The notes under the pieces are model-generated. The model searched no databases and was not told the DNA's origin. It saw only the letters and a list, made by a program, of their open reading frames with translations. Below, in pieces: positions 43,919 to 55,316 of a stretch of DNA of 64,000 nucleotides (the first letter of the stretch is position 1; the number at the start of each line of letters is the position of its first letter). The stretch comes from Candidatus Latescibacterota bacterium. Its GTDB lineage: Bacteria; Latescibacterota; UBA2968; SICM01. The DNA lies in contig CBDCJO010000002.1 of NCBI GenBank assembly GCA_965217865.1, positions 288,001 through 352,000 on the forward strand, written 5' to 3'. A program made the translations under genes and the position numbers.

Positions 43919-45826
43919 AGGAGGCGGGCTTCGACGTGCCGCGCCAGGGCAAGAACTACGTGACCGCCCACGACCCGGACAGTGGGAAGCGGTGGCGGCT
44001 GAAAGGAGCGCTGTACGAGCATGACTTCCAACGCGAACGATTTGAGCGCCCGATGGCGCGCCTGGGGGATCCCAGTGCGATGCGGGGCGGGCATGGTGGC
44101 CCTGCAAACCCTCCTCGCGCTCTACCGCTTTGGAGACAGCACGGCCCTGCTGCAGTTGGTGAATCCGCTGATGTGGATCGGGCTGGGTCTGTTCTTCGTC
44201 ACGGGCTGGGTCATTGGCTGGGTGGTGGAACGCCTTCTCCGCGGCACGACCGGTCGGTTCCGCACGCTGCTGCTGGGCGCGACGTTCCTGGCCACCCCCG
44301 TGGCGGTCGCCGGGAGCCTCGTGGGGGGGCTATTCGGCCCTCCGGGGGTCCTGCTCTATGGCCTGATCCCGTATCTCCTCCTGGTGGGGATTCCCAGACT
44401 GATTGGGGTCGTGTGGACCCGGCATGGCTCCTGAGCTTCCGGAAGCAGAGTACGAACAACTCGAGGCGGTGTAGGACCTCCCACCAGTTGGACCGCCCTC
44501 CTGATTCTGAACGAACCTGGGCTGGCCAAGCGACGCTGGACGAGGACCTTGCGCGGTTCCCATACGTCAATGGCCGGTTGTTCGAGGAGCCGCTACGCAT
44601 CCCGGCCTTCAACGCAGAGATGCGGACGGCGTTGCTGGACGCTTGCCGTTTCGACTGGTCGAACATCTCACCCGCCATCATCTTGCGGCGCTGAAATTTG
44701 CATCAGCTTCCCCACCAAGCCCCCAGAGCATCGAGGATTCGCACGGCAGCTCGGATATGGTTGAACTCAAGCGGATCGTGATCAAAAACGGGAGTTGATC
44801 TATACGAAGCATCCCTTGAGGAATGGACCAAACACGTTTGGTTCATTATCACTTTGTCAAGTATATAATTACCATTCAATTTCCCAGCCCGTTGGCTGCA
44901 TCAAGCATACCTCCCGGGGTCGGGCCGAGGAGATCGTCGGCCCTCTGCGATTCAGAAACGAACCGCCAATCCTGCCGACACCAGCCGTCCAATTTCCGGC
45001 GCCCCCACAAAAGACCGGTATTTTCGGTTCAGAAGGTTGCTGGCATCCAAACTCAACGTCACACGCGCCTGCCCCATAGGAATTTCGTAGGTGGCGTTCC
45101 CATCCACCACCGCATAAGAATCCACAGGTCCGACAAACACGCCCGAACTCATCGGGAATTTCCCTCGATAACGGACTTCCCCACCCAGGCTCAAACGGGT
45201 ATTGGGCACTTTGTATTCGATGCCGAGGTTGAATTTCCGGGTGGGCGCATTCAACGCAACATCTCCGAGGTTGTCCAGATTTGGAAACAGATCTTCGCTA
45301 ACATACGAAAAGTTTCCCGTAACCGTCCAGGCATCGTCGGGATAATAGGCAAAGGCCAGGTCCGCGCCGTAGATCGTCACCTTGCCAAAATTTCGATAGG
45401 TCAGCATCACGGCCACCGGATCGGTTGCCTGTTCGGCCGTGATGGTCCCATACGGGATTCTCGCCGTATTGGTCGTAAACGTTGTGGTCAGTTCGTCTAC
45501 CACTGACCCATTTCCATTTCCACCCAGTGTGGGCGCATCCAGCGCTGCCAGAGCCTCTGCCAGTTGAGCATTTGCCGGGTCCTGCAGCGCTTGACCAAAC
45601 GCTGTTGACAATCCTGCGCGCAGTGACGCCGGTTCCAAAAACACATTGGGGGTTTCAATCCGCAACGGCCCTACGAAGTCCCGGATTCGGGTCCGGTAGA
45701 AATCGGCAGCCAGAATCAGCTTGTTCTGCACAACCCCCTTGTAGCCTACCTCAAACGTCTCGGTGATCGTCGGATCAATTCTTTTGAGATCTTTGACGGC
45801 ATTGGTCAGACTCGCCACCGGATCAA
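43919..45826 (+). repeat. Second copy of the 1908-bp duplication (includes TonB receptor fragment 44952-45826, minus)
   Basis: Matches 31184-33091. Confidence 0.95.
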
Positions 45827-46165
45827 TCCTCGCGGCCGGAGGGCTTCCGCGTTCGGCAAATCACCACGCAGGCTTCCATGGGCGAGTTATAGAAGAGGTT
45901 TGGTCCGAGGCCGAGCACACATTCGAGGAGGTCCAACTCGACAAGCTGTCGCCGCATCGCCGCTTCTTCGTTGCGGAAGAGCACACCATGCGGGAAGAGA
46001 ATTGCGCAGCGGCCGGTCTGTGGGTTGAGGCTCGTGAGGATGTGCTGGAAGAAGGCGTAGTCGGCTCGGCCCTGAGGCGGTGTCCCGAGGAAGTTGCGGC
46101 CCCAGGGGTCGTGCTGCCACGCCTCGCGGTTCCACTTCTTGATCGAGTACGGCGGAACCCATAGA
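45827..46165 (-). pseudogene. hsdM: Type I R-M HsdM fragment
   Basis: GTPPQGRADYAFFQHI...ILFPHGVLFRNEEAAMR...VLGLGPNLFYNS. Confidence 0.8.
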
Positions 46166-46184
46166 GGACCGGACCGTGGTCAAC

Positions 46185-46288
46185 GGTTAGTGCCATCACG
46201 CTCGCCGCCGGTTGCGACACCCTGCTGACGGAGGACCTTCGGGCCGGCCGGCTGGTCGACGGCCTGAGCATCGTCAAAAACGAGTTAG
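46185..46288 (+). pseudogene. PIN/VapC toxin C-terminal fragment
   Basis: AAGCDTLLTEDLRAGRLVDGLSIV. Confidence 0.6.
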
Positions 46289-46296
46289 TGGCCTAC

Positions 46297-47823
46297 CAGC
46301 CTGTTGAAAAAGTGCGTTTATGCCAAGATGACTGTTGTCTTTCCTTGTGGTTTGGTCCTATGATATATCAGGTTCAAACTGAGAAGGGAGGACGAGCAGA
46401 TGGCAATGGGAAAACGAGGCCGACAGAGACAGGAAAACCTGTTCATCGCATCGAACACTTTGGTGAAATCTCCGGGTCATCCGTTCTACGAGAAGCTGAA
46501 TCAGGTATTGGGGGCGAACGGCTTCGACGAGTTCGTCGAGGGGCTTTGCCAGCGGTATTACGCTCCTCATATGGGTCGCAAGGGCATTCCGCCCGGGGTT
46601 TATTTTCGGATGCTTTTGATTGGGTATTTCGAGGGACTTGATTCGGAACGTGGGATCGAATGGCGTGTATCCGACTCGCTGACGTTGCGCCGGTTTTTGG
46701 GGTATGACCTTGACGAACAGACCCCGGATCATTCCAGCCTGTCTCGCATCCGGCATCGGCTTCCCTTGGAAGTTCACGAAGCGGTTTTCAAGTGGATCCT
46801 GAGGGTCTTGTGCAAAGCGGGTCTGGTGAAGGGGAAGACGTTGGGCGTGGATGCTACGACACTGGAGGCCAACGCCGCGATGCGCAGCATTGTACGCCGT
46901 GACACGGGTGAAGGCTACCAGGCATTCCTTGAGAATCTGGCCAAGGCCTCGGGCATTGAAACGCCTACCCGCGAGGACTTGTCCAAGATCGATAAGAAGC
47001 GACCGAAGAAGGGATCGAACCAGGACTGGGAGCACCCGCACGACCCGGATGCCAAGATCGCTAAGATGAAGGACGGTCGCACGCACATGGCGCACAAGGT
47101 GGAGCACGCGGTGGATCTGGACACCAATGCCATTGTGGCAGTGGCGTTGTCGGGAGCAGATGAAGGAGATACCGGGTCGTTGCCCTGGACGCTGCTCGAG
47201 GCGCAGCTCAATCTCAAGCAGGTCGCGAAGGACGAAAAAGCTGCCAAACGTTTGCACAGACAGCGTATACGGGAGGTGGTTGCGGACAAAGGATATCATA
47301 GCAACGATGTATTGACCAGTCTGAAGCAAGGCGGCATCCGGAGTTACATTTCAGAACCGGATCGGGGACGCCGCAAGTGGAACGGCCGACGAGATGAGCA
47401 GGCCGCGGTATATGCGAATCGACGCCGGATCAAGGGAGATCGCGGCAAGGCCTTGCGCCGAAGTCGTGCAGAACGGGTGGAAAGAACCATCGCTCACACA
47501 TATGATACCGGTGGCATGCGCAGGTTGCACTTGAGAGACCGCGGCAATATCCTCAAGCGTTTGCTGATCCACATCGGGGGCTGCAACCTGGCTCTGCTCA
47601 TGCGCAAAGTGATGGGCGTAGGTACTCCGAAGGCCCTCCAGGACTTGGCCAAGGCCTTGCAGCGTCTACTGCTCGTCCTACAATCACGCTTTGCTGCCCT
47701 CGGTCACCTTTTTAACCTCTTATCAGCGTCTCCTGCTCAATCTCCTTACCTTGATTTATCCGACCCGCACTCCAGGCGTCTTTTCCGTTTATGTGCGTTG
47801 AAAGGTAGTTCTTCAACGGGCTG
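46297..47823 (+). mobile_element. IS1182/IS5-like element, copy 1
   Basis: IRs CAGCCTGTTGAAAAAGT / AGTTCTTCAACGGGCTG; TSD CTAC. Confidence 0.92.
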
Positions 47824-47938
47824 CTACGCGTCTCTTAAGGAGAGGCCCTGTAGATCGTCGGCGAAAGCCAGACGTGTTCCTCCAGGGGCGGCTCGAGGCG
47901 GTAAGCGCGCGACTGTCGCCGGAAATCGTATAGCCTGA
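46400..47938 (+). CDS. DDE transposase (DUF772 plus DDE), reads through the right IR
   Basis: GRKGIPP, TPDHSSLSR, GVDATTLEANA, VADKGY. Confidence 0.9.
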   Translation: MAMGKRGRQRQENLFIASNTLVKSPGHPFYEKLNQVLGANGFDEFVEGLCQRYYAPHMGRKGIPPGVYFRMLLIGYFEGLDSERGIEWRVSDSLTLRRFLGYDLDEQTPDHSSLSRIRHRLPLEVHEAVFKWILRVLCKAGLVKGKTLGVDATTLEANAAMRSIVRRDTGEGYQAFLENLAKASGIETPTREDLSKIDKKRPKKGSNQDWEHPHDPDAKIAKMKDGRTHMAHKVEHAVDLDTNAIVAVALSGADEGDTGSLPWTLLEAQLNLKQVAKDEKAAKRLHRQRIREVVADKGYHSNDVLTSLKQGGIRSYISEPDRGRRKWNGRRDEQAAVYANRRRIKGDRGKALRRSRAERVERTIAHTYDTGGMRRLHLRDRGNILKRLLIHIGGCNLALLMRKVMGVGTPKALQDLAKALQRLLLVLQSRFAALGHLFNLLSASPAQSPYLDLSDPHSRRLFRLCALKGSSSTGCYASLKERPCRSSAKARRVPPGAARGGKRATVAGNRIA

Positions 47939-48639
47939 CGATCCTGAAGACCTCGGGGTGCTCATTGGAGACGCACAACTCGTTCTTGGTGATGAAAAAA
48001 GGAGTTGTCTTGGGACCATTCGTCGTCTTGATCTCCAGCCAACGCTCTCGGCAGGCCTCATCACCGGTTCCGTCGAAGGACATGATGTCGTAGCCGTAAC
48101 CGTCGCCATCGTCCCTGGCGACCCAGCGGACGCGGTCGGACAGGTCCTTCCGGCCAAGTTCCTCGAGGCGGTGCCTTTCCACCTTGAAGACGAGCGCTTC
48201 TCCCGCTTTTCCGAGATCCCGATTCCGGGCATCCCTCTCGTCCGGGCGTTTCGCGTGGCGGCGGTGCATCGTCGAAGACAAGACCCGGCCCGGCCAGGGG
48301 CTCTGAAGATTCGCGCCTTACCCCTACGGCTTCCCCGGTCAGGAGCGCATGAAGATCGCGGTCCTTGCCGAGGCGGGCTTCAACCGCCTTGAACAGCGCC
48401 TTCTGGTAATTCCTATACGGCTTGTAACCGTCTATGTAGGGAAGGCCGAGTGCGGCCATGACCGCACTGATATTCATGTGCTTGCGCTCGACCGATCCCT
48501 CGGAACGACCAATGGTTTCCATGAGTGCACGCCGATGCTCAGCCTTGTTGAAAGCACGTCCTGCCTGCTCATGCCCGAGCATGTCGAAGTAATCTCCGAT
48601 GATGGCATCGATTTCGTTGTCAGACCAGTTCCGTGCCAT
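47835..48639 (-). pseudogene. DUF3883 (NOV_C) nuclease-domain protein, frameshifted ~48270
   Basis: WSDNEIDAIIGDYF..KHMNISAV..GYKP; LGKAGE, GYGYDIMSF, WLEIKTT, FFITKNE. Confidence 0.8.
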
Positions 48640-48891
48640 GCGCTATCAGCCAGTACTTGCCATCAGGTTGTGCTCGACGTCGTCCAAGAATTCGGCGGGT
48701 TTCGGCGCTTTGGGCTGCGGTTCGTGGTTTGAAATCACTCAGCAGTCTTTGTTCTCAGGGGCCCACCAGGGCATCGAAGTCGCCCCCCAGATCAAGGGTC
48801 CGCGCGTCCCCCGCAGCGGGATGCCAATACCAATTGGACTTGACCCGGTTTCGTGGATACCTTATTACTTGGCAGAAAGGAGGATGCTACG

Positions 48892-49206
48892 ATGCCGAGG
48901 TCACATTCGCCGTATCCACCGGAGTTCAAGCGGCAGATTGTAGAACTGGTGCGAGCGGGTCGCACGCCCCATGAGTTGTCCCGTGAGTTCGAGCCGTCGG
49001 CCCAGGCGATCCGGATCTGGATGCGGCAGGCCGATCTGGATGAGGGCCTCCGCAGTGACGGTCTGATCACCGAGGAGCGGGAGGAGATCAGACGACTGCG
49101 CCGCGAGAATAGGCAGTTGCGACAGGAGCGGGAGATCCTTGCAAAAGCCGCGGCCTGGTTCGCTCGGGAGACCAACTCGGTGCCAGGGGAGTCTACGAGT
49201 TCGTGA
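48892..49206 (+). CDS. IS3 transposase OrfA
   Basis: YPPEFKRQIVELVRAG...LRQEREILAKAAAWFA. Confidence 0.9.
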   Translation: MPRSHSPYPPEFKRQIVELVRAGRTPHELSREFEPSAQAIRIWMRQADLDEGLRSDGLITEEREEIRRLRRENRQLRQEREILAKAAAWFARETNSVPGESTSS

Positions 49207-50063
49207 AAGCCAATCAGGCCTTCTATAAAGTAGCCACGATGTGCCGGGTCCTGGAAGTCTCCACCAGTGGGTACTACGCGTGGCTCAAGCGGCCGCTGTC
49301 GGCACGAGCGCAGGCCGATGTGGCTCTGACGGAACGGATCGTGAAGATTCACAAGTGTTCTGATGGCACCTACGGTGTCCCGCGCATATACGAGGAGCTT
49401 GTAGCCGAGGGGGAGCGGATCGGTCGCAAGCGCGTTGCGCGGTTGATGCGTGCTGCAGGCCTGGAGGGCGTAAGTCGTCGCAAGCGGCATCGAACCACCT
49501 ACCGTGATCGCGATGGGCGCGTCGCTGCTGACCTGGTCAATCGAGATTTCACGGCTAACGGGCCAGACCAGCTCTGGGTAGCCGACATCACTTACATCAG
49601 TACGTGGGCCGGCTTCCTGTATCTCGCGGTCGTTGTGGACGCCTGGAGCCGCCGCGTCGTTGGCTGGGCGATGGCGACCCATCTGCGCGCCGAGCTGGTG
49701 CTCGAGGCGTTGAATATGGCGCTCTGGCAACGACAGCCGGAAGCCGTCATCCATCACTCCGACCAGGGATGTCAGTACACCTCCATTGCCTTCGGTCTAC
49801 GGTGCCGCAAGGCCGGTGTCCGGCCCTCTATGGGCTCCACCGGTGACTGCTACGACAACGCGTTATGCGAGAGCTTCTTCGCCACGCTCGAATGCGAACG
49901 CCTGGATCGCCGAAACTACCGCACACAGGCCGAAGCTCGGATGTCCGTATTTCAATACATCGAGGGCTGGTACAACTCCCATCGGCGACACTCAGCACTC
50001 GGATATCTCTCTCCCATGAACTTTGAGCAGACCTCCAGCGCTGTTGCCCATGAAGCCGAATGA
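49203..50063 (+). CDS. IS3 transposase OrfB
   Basis: WVADITY, HHSDQGCQY, CYDNALCESFF. Confidence 0.95.
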   Translation: MKANQAFYKVATMCRVLEVSTSGYYAWLKRPLSARAQADVALTERIVKIHKCSDGTYGVPRIYEELVAEGERIGRKRVARLMRAAGLEGVSRRKRHRTTYRDRDGRVAADLVNRDFTANGPDQLWVADITYISTWAGFLYLAVVVDAWSRRVVGWAMATHLRAELVLEALNMALWQRQPEAVIHHSDQGCQYTSIAFGLRCRKAGVRPSMGSTGDCYDNALCESFFATLECERLDRRNYRTQAEARMSVFQYIEGWYNSHRRHSALGYLSPMNFEQTSSAVAHEAE

Positions 50064-50282
50064 ATCGCAACTGATAAACCGTCCGCTAAACCGGGGTAAC
50101 TCCAGTGAGTTACACCCAAATCGACACGAAAACCCGCTCCATCTGGGCTACCTTATAGATGCCGATTTCCCTGAGCGCCCTTCGGGGCCTTGAGGGTGTC
50201 AAACGCGGGTAGGGCATACGCTGCTTGGTCCGTGGCGTCAACACGTGTCTCATACTGGGAATACCCTTTCCATAGTTACCGG

Positions 50283-50815
50283 TCAGAACTGATACTTCAT
50301 GTTGAGGCTGACGCCCCAGAATTGAATGTCCTCCGTCATCGCTGTGTATCGCACCCGCGCACCGCCCGGTCTAACAGTGGACTCATGACTGCGGAGCTGA
50401 TCCCACTCTTCCCCATCCTCGAATTCACCGAAATCCGCCCACTGGAACTTGAGCCCGATGGTGACCGGCTCACTGACCCGATAATCCACCCCGGCGATCG
50501 CCTGATACCCGAACAGCGTATCCGAGAGCTTGGCCCTGCCGATGGTAGTCGTCCCGGCGACCCGCTGGTTCAGAATCTCGCGGTCTTCAAGTTCTGCCTC
50601 CGAAATACCTTCAATGTCCTTGTCATTTGTGAATGTCGGGATGTCGCGGTCGTCATAGTTCCTCGTCCATCGGTTAAAGAAGTCCAAGGAAACCTGCCCA
50701 ACCCCGACTCCAAACCCCACGTACGGTGTAAACTTCGAGTCCACGCAAACCCAACGACGCTTATTACGCTCACAACCGATACCTCGAGAAAGTCGTCGGT
50801 AGAGGTGTGGTGGGA
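50283..50815 (-). pseudogene. Outer-membrane beta-barrel (Opa-like) C-terminal fragment
   Basis: FTPYVGFGVG, FGYQAIAGVDY, WGVSLNMKYQF. Confidence 0.7.
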
Positions 50816-51698
50816 TTTCACCATTCACGAATGTATTAGAGATATCCCAATGGCGCTGGATCATCACATCTCGCGCAGTGGGGTGTCTTGACAGGTGGAG
50901 GAACCACAAGGCACGTCGTGACCCTTGGGGTCGCACGAAGAAGGGCGTATCGTAGGTCGCGTGCGTTACGGCACGAATATGGTCACGCAACGTTCTCTGA
51001 ACGAGGGCTCTTCCGCCATATCCATCTCTCTGCTCGACCAACTCGTGCATTCGTGATTCTGTCAATTCGAGCGGAGCAACTGCCTTGACTAGCAACGGTG
51101 TTTTCGCAAGGTGGTTCACGAGTGCGTCTGCGGCAAACGTAAGTATGACCTCCGCCGCCGGAAGTTCACGAAAAATCCGAGCAATGAGTTCCAGCTTCAC
51201 CTGTGAAAATCCGGTCTGGTCAAGGAGAAATATCGAGCGGCCGGCCCGAGGCTGACGGCGGCGAATTTCCGCGATGATGTCGTCAATCGCTTCTTCGAAC
51301 CGTTCGTTTCTAACGACGATCGATTCATCATCGACTCGGAACCCGCGTTCATTCAGAACTCTCCTGAGATGATCCACATGAGCGGATTCCTTGTCGACAA
51401 AGTAGTATTTGCAATCCAAATTTAGGGGCTTTGTGCGCTTCCGGTTCAGTCTGGTCTTTGCTGCTTTGGATTCCTCCAGCATGATCAGGGGCGTACCGGA
51501 CACGATCTCATCGTCGTCCCGGAACGTGCCTCCTCCGGCAAAGCCATCGACAAGATCGAGTTTGAATTCTTCGCGAAGAGGACTGACGTTCAGCCTGTCA
51601 AAATAGGCGCGAAGGTACTGCCGCAAAACGTCGAGCTTTGCCTTGCTGTGCGCCTCGATCGGAGGCGGCGATTCGTCAGGATACCACCTGAAATCCAT
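50816..51698 (-). pseudogene. tcmP: Three-Cys-motif partner protein TcmP, 3'-truncated and fused in frame to the barrel fragment
   Basis: HSKAKLDVLRQYL, LVDGFAGGG, SGTPL, FLLDQTG; follows DUF5131. Confidence 0.75.
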
Positions 51699-52437
51699 AA
51701 TCTCTTGTCTCCATCAAGTAGAAGGGCATGGCGTTATGCTCGATGCCTTCGAGCATCCGTCCGCCCGATTTCGGCGTCCGGCCGCCCCATTGCTTGAAGA
51801 AGAACGCGACTCCTTCACGCTCGCATACATCCCTGATATTAAGCACCCAACTTCGTTCCATCGGGCGGGCCTTGGGGCCACTCTCGCCGCCGACGATGAC
51901 CCACGAGATTCCTTTAAGGTTGAGATCTCGCACAGGCCCCAGCAAAGGTTCTATGGAAAGAAAACGAATCGGAACCGGAGCCTTTTGGAGGTGCCGAATT
52001 CTGCTGGTCGCTGTGTGATCTTCAACAGACACGCCGCACCAGATATGTCGCGGAGCGACAGCCTGACCGTATCTGCGTTCGAGGTAGTGCTTCATGAGCG
52101 CGCTTCGCTTCGTGAGCACCTGAAATATGTGCCGATCGGCCGCCTCCATTGTGTCGAAAACTCGATCGATCAACTCCGTCGATATCTCCTTATGGAAGAG
52201 GTCGCTCATCGAATTGACGAAGATCATTCGCGGGCGCTTCCATGAGAGCGGTTGGGAAAGCCGCTCCGGGTGCAACGTAAGGTCGAACCCCTTCTCGAAT
52301 GGATGTCCGGGCACGCCGCGGAAGCGCTCGGCTAGGCGCTCGGCGTAACAGTTGTCACAGCCGCGCGTGATCTTAGTGCAACCGGTTACTGGGTTCCAGG
52401 TTGCGTCGGTCCATTCGATGGCAGATTCTTTACTCAT
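51676..52437 (-). CDS. DUF5131 / phage Gp37-Gp68 family protein
   Basis: IEWTDATWNPVTGCTKITRGCDNCYA, FVNSMSDLFH, WVIVGGESG, FFKQWGG. Confidence 0.92.
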   Translation of the reverse strand: MSKESAIEWTDATWNPVTGCTKITRGCDNCYAERLAERFRGVPGHPFEKGFDLTLHPERLSQPLSWKRPRMIFVNSMSDLFHKEISTELIDRVFDTMEAADRHIFQVLTKRSALMKHYLERRYGQAVAPRHIWCGVSVEDHTATSRIRHLQKAPVPIRFLSIEPLLGPVRDLNLKGISWVIVGGESGPKARPMERSWVLNIRDVCEREGVAFFFKQWGGRTPKSGGRMLEGIEHNAMPFYLMETRDYGFQVVS

Positions 52438-52469
52438 ACGAACAATCCGTGATCCAGTCTCGCTGTATC

Positions 52470-52740
52470 AGATCTCGGCGTGCGAGGGAAGAACGCAAGA
52501 ACCCTTGCGCCCGGCCGGCGGCAGGTGAACCTGATCAACACCCAGAAGCGCGAGCACAGCCGGAAGCCCGATGAACTCTACGACGTGATCGAGGCTTGCA
52601 GCAAAGGCCCCTTCCTTGAGATGTTCGCCCGTGACACGCGCAAGGGCTGGGTCGGTTGGGGCAATCAAGCCAACAACTATGAGATCACTTGGGACACTTA
52701 TGCCCACCACAGCCAAGTTGCCGCAGCTCCTGCCGAGTGA
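52470..52740 (+). pseudogene. MT-A70 family methyltransferase C-terminal fragment
   Basis: KREHSRKPDELY...FLEMFAR...WVGWGNQ. Confidence 0.8.
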
Positions 52741-52900
52741 GATGGGCCATTCGAGCACAGTTCTGAACGCGTATCAATTGGCTCTTTCTCGTTGCCGGCG
52801 GGTCGGGTTCCATGCGAATTTGGTGAAGGCAGGAGAGATTCGATGGGCAATAGTTTTGTATGAGGTGATCGGACCGTCCAAACAACCCCCTTTCCCTCAT

Positions 52901-53285
52901 TCACTTGATCCCGTTGTCGGTGAAGAATTTTGACCAAAACTCCATGGCTCGATCGACAACATCGTTGACCAAGATCGTTTGGCCGTCTGGTAGCGTTACT
53001 TCAAGACGCGGAGTAGCGAAGTCGTGGGGATCGAAATCAACCGGGGAGAAATCGCCACCTTGATATCGGGCTTCGTCAATTTGAGGCGGATACCTCGAAA
53101 TCTTTCCGTGTTTCGACGCAGTACAGATGTCCTGCAAATAGCCGAGTTCGCGGCAGATGTCTTTAACGTGATCCTGGAGAACTCTCAATCTTGCAAACCG
53201 AGAATTCGAACCGATGGCTTTGAAGACGTGATCACAGAGATGCCAAGCCTTGCAAGCGCACTCCCGCGCCAATTCTTTATTTAGG
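52901..53285 (-). pseudogene. HEPN-like hypothetical protein, 5' part missing
   Basis: AWHLCDH and DICTASKH pattern. Confidence 0.45.
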
Positions 53286-53441
53286 CCGTCGTCTTTGAAC
53301 TTCTCCGCGCGGCGGCCTTGAACGCCTCAAGCGCCGAAGGCGCATCAAGACCGAATGAGTGTGTCATTCGTCAGGCCTTTCCTGTCCACACGGCTACAAT
53401 CAGAGACCGCATCAGTCAGTGGGTACTACGCGTGGCTCAAG

Positions 53442-54598
53442 CGGCCGCGGCAAACTGGCCCGGAGTTGCCCCCCAATGTATGAAGGGGCGAAAAGGAACC
53501 GCACAGGCTGCACGGCTGGTCAGTCTTGGCCGTCGACCTGCTCGACAAGGCTCTTCATCTCACGAATGAGCGTAGCCACTTCCCGCCGCTCGGCGGTCGC
53601 CGCGGCGGTGAAAAGACCGTGTTTGAAGGCGTTTGTGTTACCGACCGGTGCGCCGGGCGATGTTCCCCCGTGCATCCGGCAACGGCCATTCGTCATCGCG
53701 GGTGACCGGCACGGCATCCCGCTTCTCGTCCTGGCACCGCATCGCGGGCTCCGGTGCATGGGCAATCTACTTTGCACAGGGTTGTTCCTCAAATTTTGAC
53801 CGAATCCCCTCTCCCCCTCCCCCGGAATGAGTAATATAGCCGTTTGGCCGGAAGCTGTCAACCAGGGAGGCTTCAGATCCAAGCGATCAGAAGCGGTCGC
53901 GGCCCGTTGGATGACGGCCAGGTTCGAGACATTGGCCTTCGCCCCGGCCTTTTCAGGATCTCGAAAAACTCCAGGGCCGTCACGCCGACCTGAAGCCAGT
54001 GAAAAAAAGTCGACTGATTCCCGCACCCTCCAGGCGTCCATGTTCCACAACTCCCTCAAATACAAGAGGTTTCTCTCTCTGGCGTGAGGTGAGCGGTTAG
54101 GAAAAGGGTGCAGTTGGGGAGCCGGTCTCAATGTGGAAGAAACGACTGATATGACTGGAAAAACGGGAATCGGTCTTGACGTCTTGACATGGTTTCCGCC
54201 TCGACGGTGCGGGCGTAATTACGATAGATCCTTTCAATACAGCAGGTTACGTCTGAAGAACAGAGAATGGTTCCGGGGAAAGGATCATATGGGGAGCCAT
54301 ATTCCCATCCGCCAACTTCGGCGGTCGTCCGTTAACGCAAGACCCCGTGGGGCAACCCTTCGGGGTCTTGTCGTTTCTATTGTATTCACAAACACTTGTG
54401 CCACCTCCCCCCTTCTCTGCCGATTCTCTGTTTCGAAGCGTTTCCCCCGGTGTCCGAGCACAACCGTGGGGTTGCGCCCGCTGAGCAGAGATATCTCCTC
54501 CGGATTCTCTGATTCTCTGTTTTTCCCGTCGGCTTTATTTAACAGCCTGGTTCGACGTTTGGGAACGTCCCCCGGTATGTATTCACTGGAGCCGGACC
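53442..54598 (-). repeat. Inverted copy of the 7181-8315 module
   Basis: Direct comparison. Confidence 0.9.
53520..53792 (-). CDS. HGGxSTG domain-containing protein, copy 2
   Basis: Four aa differences from 7991-8263. Confidence 0.85.
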   Translation of the reverse strand: MRNNPVQSRLPMHRSPRCGARTRSGMPCRSPAMTNGRCRMHGGTSPGAPVGNTNAFKHGLFTAAATAERREVATLIREMKSLVEQVDGQD

Positions 54599-55316
54599 AG
54601 TTCCCCCGAATTTGAGCAGTTCCGCGTCGGAGGTTTCCCGTCCGGGCTCCGTACCACCACGCCACCCACTGCCCCCCCTGCCGGTGAACGCAGGGTTTTG
54701 CTGGTCAGCCTTGTATTTCAGGGTATCGGTACCGGAATCCCGATGATGGTGGCTGTTTCGTTAGAGTTTGCCGCCTTCCCCGCCGTGTTTCCTGAAACGT
54801 CTCTCGTCGTCGCCCTCACGACTATGGTTTCGCCAACGAAATTAATGGAGTCCGGCGCACCAGATCCCATCGTCACCGCCATGACGCCCGCGACCGGCTT
54901 GGTGCTCGCCTTCAGCATGACCGTCTTTCGTACGATGAAGCGATTCGCATAATTTTGCGCAACGAAGGCGGTCGCGATCCCTGCATCGCTGGTATCCGCT
55001 GCATTCTTGTGGGAGAACAGAAAGTCGTCGGCCCCGAAGTCGACCACGATCCTCGCGTTCGACTCCGTGGCCCCCAGGGTATCAACGAAACCCGGTGCTG
55101 TGCCGGGCCGTAAGTCATACTCCCCCCACGGTCGCTTTTTTTGTGGAGGTCGCACCCGTTGCCCGGATTCCGAATTAAAGTCGCACACGGGCCGGATTCC
55201 GTGCCTCAGCGGCCGATTCCGGGCCAAGGGGGGGGTTGGATTCCATAATTTCGGAGCGAGTATAAAAAGGCGGGTGGGTGAGGTCCCGGTTCCGGATATG
55301 TGAAACCACGGTCTAG

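Larger units (their letters stand above)
48835..50104 (+). mobile_element. IS3-family element (third type), complete
   Basis: IRs TGGACTTGACCCGGTTTCGTGGA / TCCGCTAAACCGGGGTAACTCCA; no TSD. Confidence 0.93.

Noticed and set aside
46358-47329. Long antisense ORFs here and at 55378-56349, 48792-49757, 16350-17384, 27701-28372
   Set aside because: Shadow frames of GC-rich genes with no recognisable motifs.
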